Source: a bacterium
GTDB taxonomy: Bacteria > CBDUZB01 > JAGLHV01
Direction: 5' to 3'
Assembly: GCA_023132075.1 (NCBI GenBank)
Contig: JAGLYT010000001.1
Coordinates: 1-35,308 of the forward strand
DNA length: 35,308 bases
Below the pieces are notes generated by a model. It was given only the letters and a program-made list of their open reading frames with translations, was not told where the DNA came from and made no database searches. Made by a program: the position numbers and the translations under genes. Below are positions 23,401 to 32,400 of this stretch, one piece after another; the stretch's first letter is position 1; every line of letters begins with the position of its first letter.

Positions 23401-26400
23401 ACCTGTTTTAAAAGAAGAAGTAATGGAACATCTTAACGAAAAATTTGAAATTATAAAAGAAGTATTTCTTGTAAATTCAGCAAAGGGGATATCTATAGAA
23501 GATGCTTTAGCCGGAATAGAAAACGATATGTTTGATGCATTTATTAGAAATGATAACGGTGAAATTATATTAGTTGCTGTTGATGAAGACGGGTTAAAAG
23601 GATCTGCAAGAGATGAAAAAGGTCAAGTAACACTGTTATCTTATGCAGGTATGTTGATGTTGGTATTAGGTATAGGGATTTTATTTGTATTATCCCCTTT
23701 ATGGATTATGGAAATTCTCCTAATCGGTATTATTATGGGAGGTATGGCTATTTATCATAGTCCACCGTGGAGTAAATCAGACACAAAATTCCCCTTCTCT
23801 ATTATTCAAAATCCCTTAATAGCCCTTTTTGTATTAGGACTGCTTCCCCGGAAAGAAATAAGTCCGCAAGTTTTAGACGAGGTTCCTGTTTATACTGACA
23901 TTCTGGAAATAGCGGATATTGAGTGGGATGGACTTATAGGGACCGATAGTCTGGGATATGTTGTACAGAGAGTATTACGCAGTTTAATAGGTGGTTCTCC
24001 GGCGATAAAATTTATTGCCGGCCAAAAGATAGAAGAATTAATGGGTAATGAAAAACAAAAGAATTTAGTGTTAGATATAGCCAAAAATTTGGATTTATCC
24101 GGTGATGAAGAACTTTCCAGCATTGTTGAAATTATAAGAAGGCCGGATAATTTGGTAAAGGAAATAGGAGAAGCAGCCAGAAAATATCTTATTGCTCGAG
24201 GAGATGTTAAAATTCCTGAGCATGATGAGGGTTTACTTTTAGCTGCTAATTATCACATTCAGAGGGAAATAAGCAGTATTGCTGAGGCAGAGAGCAGACA
24301 AATTTCTGTTAACTATGTAGAAAGCGAGGGCAAAAGAAAAAAATTGCCTATAAAATCATTTATTGAAATAATCGGTAAACTTATTATTTCAAGTATAGGA
24401 GTGATTGTTTTAATAAACTTATTTTCCCAATTTATAAAAGGTTGGTTGTATATAATAGTAGTTGTGGGAATAGGCATAATTGGAGGGAAATTTGCAGTAA
24501 AATGGGCTTTTAGTCGTCCGTTAATGAAATGGAGGCAAACAGTTAATGCGTTAAAACCGAAAGATTTAGAATTTATTCTTGGGGATAAGAATGTTAAGTT
24601 TTATCTTAAAATAGAGTCTTTTGGTAAGGATTTAATTGATAAAGGAGAAGAATTAGAAGAAAGGTTAAAAAAATTAGGGGTTGATGTCGAAATCTTAAAG
24701 TATGACGATAAAAAACCTCTTTCTTTTTCCGGAAACTGTAATAAGATTATAATTATAGGATTGTTTCGAAGAAAAAAAACGATTTCTGATATGGATAAGT
24801 TTAAAAAAAATGATATAGCAGTTCGTTATTTTAAAGGCAAAATACCCGAAAAGATGCCTATGAATATAATTCAATGTTATTTAGACGAATTTGAAAAAAT
24901 AGTGCATAATCTGGTTGAATACAAGAAAGAAGTCGTTGAGATTGAAAATATATTATCGGGTGAATTTAATGAAGAAAAATTAATTATTTATACAGATAAA
25001 ATATTGAGGGAGATTTTCGTTTATATAAGAAACCCTGAAAAAGATATTATGCCTATTTCTGAAAGTGAAAAAAAAGTTAGGCAGATTTTTGTGAAAAATT
25101 GCAATTATAATAAAAAAGATGCCCGGAGATTAAGCGATGCATTGGTATCCAGTAAAACTTATTTGCAAATATTAAAGGGTAATAATAAAAAAATAACAGA
25201 TAAGATAACCGGTAATTTATTATATATTCTTGCGTATTCAAAGAGTACATTGGATAAGATAAGAGTTAAGAAAGATATTTTGTTTAATGTAGAGAGATTA
25301 TTTTTTAGCGCAATTGATATAGAAATGTTAAAGAGAGAGGGATATGATAATAAAGAAATAAGAAGTAATTATTTTTCGGGAGAAAATACAGGTAACTTTA
25401 TTTATTTACCTGAAAAGAAAGGTTCCGTTATTAATGTTAATGCTATTTTTTTCATTCGGAAAGATTGGAGAGATATAGTTAATTTGTCTGATGGATACAG
25501 GAAGGTGATACAAGAAATTTATAATGGGGAAAAATCATCGATTCCCATTAGCGAAGATTCATGGAGAGATTTATGGAGGGAAGTAAACCGCCTTAATTTG
25601 CTATTTGAAAAATATTTAAGATCAAAGAAAAATATTTCGAAAGAGAGTTTAGTTCTATCGAAAGAACTAAGAACACAATATTCAGATGATTTAATTGACA
25701 GGATTTGTGCTATGAGGATAGTGAGGAATGCTTTAGAGTCATTTCCTGGGGTTAAATTGAGCAGTAAATTTATGGAAAAATTTATTGAAGAAATAAGAGT
25801 TCCTTCTTTTCCTAAGGATGTTAAAGAACTGGAAGTTTTATTTTTATATTTCGCTAAGGAATATAAAGGGTGGGAAGAAAAAGGTTTGGAACCCTTTGAG
25901 ATAGAATCAATGCTGCTTAGAATTTCTGTAGATGAAGCAAAAATGTTAGAAAATTCCGGTATGAATATAGAAGATATAAAGCTTTTAGCAACTAGAGACA
26001 AAGCAGAAATTAGAAAGGAGATTGAAAGTAAAAATATAAGTACCCCTATAGAAAAAGATGAAAAATCGCGGATTAAAAGATTTATAATATTTGAAAAAAT
26101 CAATCTTACAATTGTTTCTCTTATTGCCTTTCTTATAGGTGCTTTCATTTATATTAATAAAACACATGGCACCGTATTTGCAGTAGGTTTTATGACTTTA
26201 TTGGTGCTGTTGCATTATAATCATTTTTTAATAAATAAATATTCTTTGAAAAAAAGAATGAAACAAGAGATAAGCACAAAATATATAAAATCACTAATTG
26301 AAGATGAAAGTAAAGAAATTTATCTTATACCGGAGTTTACCGGTCAGAAAGAATTAAAAATGGACAAGATAATAAAAAGACTAAATAAAATGGGAATAAA

Positions 26401-29400
26401 AAATGTGGAATTTTTTGAATTTTCCAGCACTAATAAAATTACTGTTTTAAATGATGAAGGTATTATAATAATAAGGTTATCTCCTGTTCCACTGGAAGCG
26501 GGAAAATCTTACTTAACTGATTGGAAGGATCTTTTCCGTTATTTTGATGAAAAATTAAAGACAAAAGCTGAAAAAATAAAGGTTGAAGAAATTACAATTA
26601 ACATTGAATTTTTCGAGGAGGTAATCGATGAATTAGAAAAAGAATATAAAAAAACGGATGATCGTGGCGGAATAGAGCCATTAAAGACGTTGATTATTTT
26701 TCCCTTGTTAGTTTTTGTGGCAGGCATATTTGCATCATTTAGTGGATTTATAACTGAATCAAGTGCAGCATCGGATGTAGCAATTGCTGCTCTTGGAGTA
26801 CCGTTAGGGTTGGGGATTATTTTTAACTGGTTAATTTTGTCCGTAAGTAAAATGGGGGATGAAAATCAAAGATTAATTTTGAAATCGGCTATTAGTAATG
26901 AGTTTGTGGAAATTGTTGTAGAAATGGAAAATAAAGCTGATTTGGAACCTGATTTTAACAAGGCAAAGCGGCGTTATAAGGAAGTCATAAAAAAATATTC
27001 TCGGATTGAAGGAGGTGTGGCACAGGAGGCTATTAGACGCTGTTCGGGAAAAATAGAGGAGAGGGGAGTTAAACTTGTTAGAAAAGAAGTACCGGATTTG
27101 TTTGATAGTATAGTCTTATTTTATTTGCTGCAGGGATTTACTCGTGAGGAAATAATAAAGTCAAAAGGGTTTGGTGTTCCGCATTTGCAAAAAATAACTA
27201 CAAGTCTTTCAAACGCAGGATGGATAGAAAAGGGTAAGGGTAACAGTTTTATTACTACAGGGAAGGCAGATAACCTTATTGGTAAATCATCGACAGATTC
27301 TCTATTACAGTTATCCAATCAGGAAAGTGTAGAAATGCTTATTAGTTTAAAATTGCCGGTCAATAATGAGAACATTGAAAAAGTGAAAGTATTGAAGGAA
27401 AATAAATTTCCGATAAATTCAAAAACTATCATAAATAATTCGGTAGACACACTAAAAATAAAAATCAAAACGATTGAGGACTATAACTTAACGAATAAGC
27501 AGAATAGTAATAGAAGGGGAGGATTCCGATCGATTATAACTTATTCATTAAAAAAAATAGAATTAATATTAGAAACTGTTAAAAGAGCTGATCATTTAGG
27601 GATAAAGATTTATCTGAATGATATTGAAAAACTTGTATTGGTCAAAGGAGAAAACGGTTTTCTTGGTGATTTAAATAATTTTGTTAAGTCAAAAAGAACA
27701 ACAATTAGGGGAAAGAAAAGATTAACGGATTCAAAAATGAAAGTTGAAAGGGAAATAGTTGGTAGGAAATTATTAAAAGCAGCATTAATATGGCCGGAAA
27801 GATTTTGTGAAATTTTTGAAGAACTGGAGAAAAATAAACATACTGAAGAAAAAACGATAGAATTTATTAATATTCTTTATGACTTCCCGGAATTTTTTGA
27901 AATACTTTTAATTTTAGAAAAGGTTAGACCTGTTTCAAAAGAAGAAGCAATAATAAAATTTAAAGAAAAACCGGAAACGGTAAAAGAAGTATTTCTTGTA
28001 AATTCAGAAGAAGGGATACCTATAGACGATGCTTTATCAGGATTAGAAAACGATTTATTTGATGTGTTTATAAGAAATGATAATGGTGAGATTATATTAT
28101 TAGAAAAGAAGGAAGGAAAAAGTGAACCAATAAATCCGCAGGTCTTGGGTGGGGTTCCTGCTTATTCCAATGTTTCTGAGATAAAGAGTATTGACTGGGA
28201 TAGGGTTAATCAATTAGGTGAGTTGGAGATAAAAAAGGTATTACAAAAATTATTCCGTAGTTTAGTATCCGATAAATTTACAATAAAATTTATTTCTTGT
28301 CTAAAAATAGAAGAATTGATGAGGAATGAAGACCGAATAAATTTGGCCTTAAAGGTTGCAAATGATTTGGATTTAATCAAGCGTGAAGGGTTTCCTGGTA
28401 TATTTGAAATTATAAGTAATTCAGATAATTTGGAAAAAGAAAAACAAAACGCAATTAAAAAATATTTAAATGAGCTTTTGCAAAATAAAGCAGGTTACGA
28501 CAAGGATGAATTAAAAACTATAGAGATTGATCCTGAATTATTTAAGCTTATTTATGATTATAATTTCGGGAAGGAATTTAAAGTGCAATTTGCTGCCCCT
28601 GAAGAAATAAAAAATGCAGGAGGCAAGACATGGTTTATAAACAACGAAAATAGAACAATATTATTAAATACTAACTATGTAATAGAAAGCAAATCTGCTT
28701 TTTATGGTTATTTAAGAAAACTTCTTCTTCCGTGGGTTTTAGCACATATTAATGGGCACTTAATTAAGCTGCCTTCCTCTCTCGGCTTCCTTAGTAAACC
28801 TATCAATTATCTTTATGCGCCTCTTAAAATCTTCCAGAATCTGATTTATAATAAAAATATAAAAGATGACTTATTTTGGTTAGTACGGTTAGTACGGTTT
28901 TATATTTTTATATTTGCCTTTTTTTATCTCGGAATTTGCATAGCTGAATTGAGTCATTCCATAGCATTTTCCTCGTTATGGAGAGATGGTTATGCATCGT
29001 TATCTCTCTCACTATTTAACCCCGTTCTTTATGTGCATGAATTTGGGAGGCCTGTTTTCTTTTCATATCGTTTATCAAAAGCTTTGGTATTTGTTTCCGG
29101 AGCTATAGGAATGATAATATATAGTTTAATGTTGTTAAAAAGTGCCTCTTGGATGGAAAAATACAAGAAAGAGTGGTTTTTAAAGAGAAGTTTCTCATAT
29201 CTATTTTTTATGATTAGTGGTTATTTATTTTTATATGCAACGGTAGATATTTTCGGAATGCAAAGTTTTTTTGGTTATGACACACATGGAGATTGGAGTC
29301 TGCTTGTTAATCTTGGACTTTCTCCAATTATTCCGTTATTTGTATTATTGATATTAGTGTTTTATTCAGCAAGTTTTTTGGCGAAAGAAATCAAATATTT

Positions 29401-32400
29401 TGTTGAATATATTATACTAAAAAGCTCAATTAGTGTTATTCTGGTAATATTTAAAAAACCAAGAGAAATTTATAAAAAAATTATTAATTGGTATAGATTA
29501 AAAGTTGTCCCAATTAAAGTAGAAATAGGTTTTGGTAAAAAAGGAGAATTTTTATTAAAAAATGCGGTAAAAAATAAAAGAGTAAGATGGGTTGGAATTG
29601 AAGCAAATGTTGAAATAGCAGAACAAATGAGAGAAGAAATTAATGAAATAAAAAACATTGAAATTTTAGATACAGGGATTTTATCCGCGGAACTAGATGC
29701 AATGTATGATGGAAGTATTAAGACGGATAATCTTAAATTAAATACTATTTCTACGATTAAAAATAATTTTAAGCCAAATACAGTAAGTGGATTTTATATT
29801 AACTATCCTTTTCCACTCAAAGTAGTGAGATTTATAAATGGCGATTTAGCAAAACAATTGTATCATTCTCTGGCTTTGAGTGGGGAAGTGGTAATAGTCA
29901 CTGAAGATATATCTTATGCCGAAGTTATAGTTGAGATTTTTTCAGGAATTCCCGGGTTTAAAAATTATTTTATAGATTTACCCGATGGTTATGCTAAAGG
30001 AGATCCAAAACAATTTAGCGATAGTAAGGGATGGGAATATAAATTATATCCGGAAAAAGATTACTCGAAATCTAATGAAAAAGAAGAAGTATTTTGCCTG
30101 AGGTTTATTAAGCAGGATATACCCGTTTTTAACAAGACAAAATTAATGCTTCAATTTAATAACGAAAAGGACATTTTTGAGAGAATTAAAAAAACCAATA
30201 AAAATACTCTTTGGGTTATTTCGGGTTTTAATGGTAGAGCAGTAAAAGACATTCGCAGAAAGATTAAAAATAAAGGATTAAAAAATGTAATTGTTTACAC
30301 AGGTGTTCCATGGACGATATTAGATGAGGCAAAAGAAAATAATATTTCTGAAATATTTTTGGATAATACTACTTCCATACTTGAAGATGAATATAAAATG
30401 AAAGAGGAAACTTATTTAACAAAACCTGGTCTTGCTCAGAAAATTTCTGACCTACTGGTTTCGGGTGGGAAATTAGTTATTCACGCTTCAAATAAAGAAT
30501 ATATGGACCAAATTAGAGAAATCTTTTCAAAAATTAAAGATTTAAAGGAAGAAATAGTTATAGAAAAAGAAGGTAAATATTTTCTTCATTATACAAAAGT
30601 CAAGAAAGAGTCAAAAAAAGTAAAAATTCCCAAATTTATTTCCGAGCTTGCAGCATTATTTGTGTTGTTAGGTATCGTAGTTTCTCCGGAGAAAAAACAA
30701 GCTGAAAAAATTAAGCTGGATAGATGTTTAGAGAATGCTTCATCCGATGAGTTAAAAATGTTGGAGTTGATTGCCAGAAGAGCAGGAGGGGGTGGGCTTT
30801 ATCGAAGCGCTTTATCTGGTAAGTTTGGTTTAAACCGAACAATAGATTTATTAGATAAGCTTAAAAGGTTTAATGTGATAACCGGCCCGCATGGATCAAA
30901 AATGCATTATAAATTTAATCCTGAGATTAAAAAATATTTTGCAGATAAGGCAAATCAGGTAGTTTTTCAGCATAGAGTTGATAAGTTAATAAGGCAGACA
31001 AGTATAGTTGACCCGGAGAGTGTATTTAGAGCGGTGATGGAGGAAGTTGAAAATGTCGAAGAAATTTATTATGCGTTAAGTTTTATTCATAGAAATTATA
31101 AACTTAAAAAGGGAGAAGGATTTGGAACAGTTCTTATAAATAGAGAAACAGGAAAAGAGCTTTCATCTGCCCAGATTCATTCTCTGATTTCACCGGAAAA
31201 AAAGAATTATCAGTTTAACAATTTAAAAGAAGATTCCCCACTAAGACAACTTTTAATGCATATTCTTAACAAAACAGGGATTTTAGGCGATTTAGGCGGT
31301 TTACCGGCGCGAATGTCGATAGTGCCTGAAAGGAGTGATGATACCCTTTCTGCAATCTCCTCGGATGGGGAACGAGGTGTAGATGAATGGGTAAAAAATA
31401 ATTTCAGAGTAGAGGGGTTAGATAAATTTGTACGGAATGTGTTTGATAAAATCGTTCTCAGGCGTGTAAGGGATGAAGAAGGAACAACAGTTTATTCCCA
31501 CAAATCATTGGATTTTGAAGTAGTAGTTTTAAAGGGCAATCCCCAAAAAGTAGAAGAGATAAAAGAAAATTATAATTTAGCAAAAACAAAAATTTCTGAT
31601 TTAATTCCTGCGTTTAAAGTAATTGAAAATCCGAAAATAATAATTGAAAAAGTAAATGGACAAGGATATGTAGAATACGATTATGCCGTTGTCCGGGAAA
31701 AAACTAAAACTTGCCAAAATGTAAAGGGGTTAAAATTTAAAGAACTTGTTGAATTGATTTTTAGTATGTGGGAAAAAAGAATATTTTTCCCGGGAAAAAT
31801 ATTTATTCAAAATTTCGGTATTAATAAAGAGGGAAACATTGTTTTAAAAGATTTAGGGATTGTAAAGCCGGATTCAATTTATGAAGATAATTTCATTCTT
31901 TATTTGCGCAATTTGGATGTAGTTAATAAATTTAATCCATTAGATGTTTTTAGTAGGGGTAAAAAACCAGTAAGAGTAAACATATTATTATGGGTAAAGA
32001 GTTATTTAAACTTGTTTATATATAATTCTCTTTTTGTAAAAATATGGCTTAGAATTAAAATAGAAAACGCAAAGGAATACTTAGGTAATTTTTTAAAAGA
32101 GCATTCAATTAAAGAAAATGAAAAAGGCCGTTTAAAGAATTTGGCATTTCTCCCTGTCATTTTTGGGGTACTTAGATGGCAAGGATTAAAAATATGGAGT
32201 AAATTTATGGCAAGGTGGAGATTTGTTTTCAGTAAGGATATTGATGAAAAGGCGGATATATTTTTGACTATGCTGTATGAACATAGAGATAGCCAAGATT
32301 TGTTAAGAAAGATGAAGATTAAAGAAAGAAAAGCTCTTGTTAGAGCGATAATTAAGTCAAATAACTCTAGAATAGAAGAATTTCTTAAAGAACTTATTAA

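Noticed and set aside
31990-32230. Two moderately hydrophobic segments (NILLWVKSYLNLFIYNSLFVKIWL and LAFLPVIFGVLRWQGLKIW) as further TM helices.
   Set aside because: They are interrupted by Lys/Arg/Asn and look amphipathic, not uniformly apolar. I left them uncalled pending a TM predictor.
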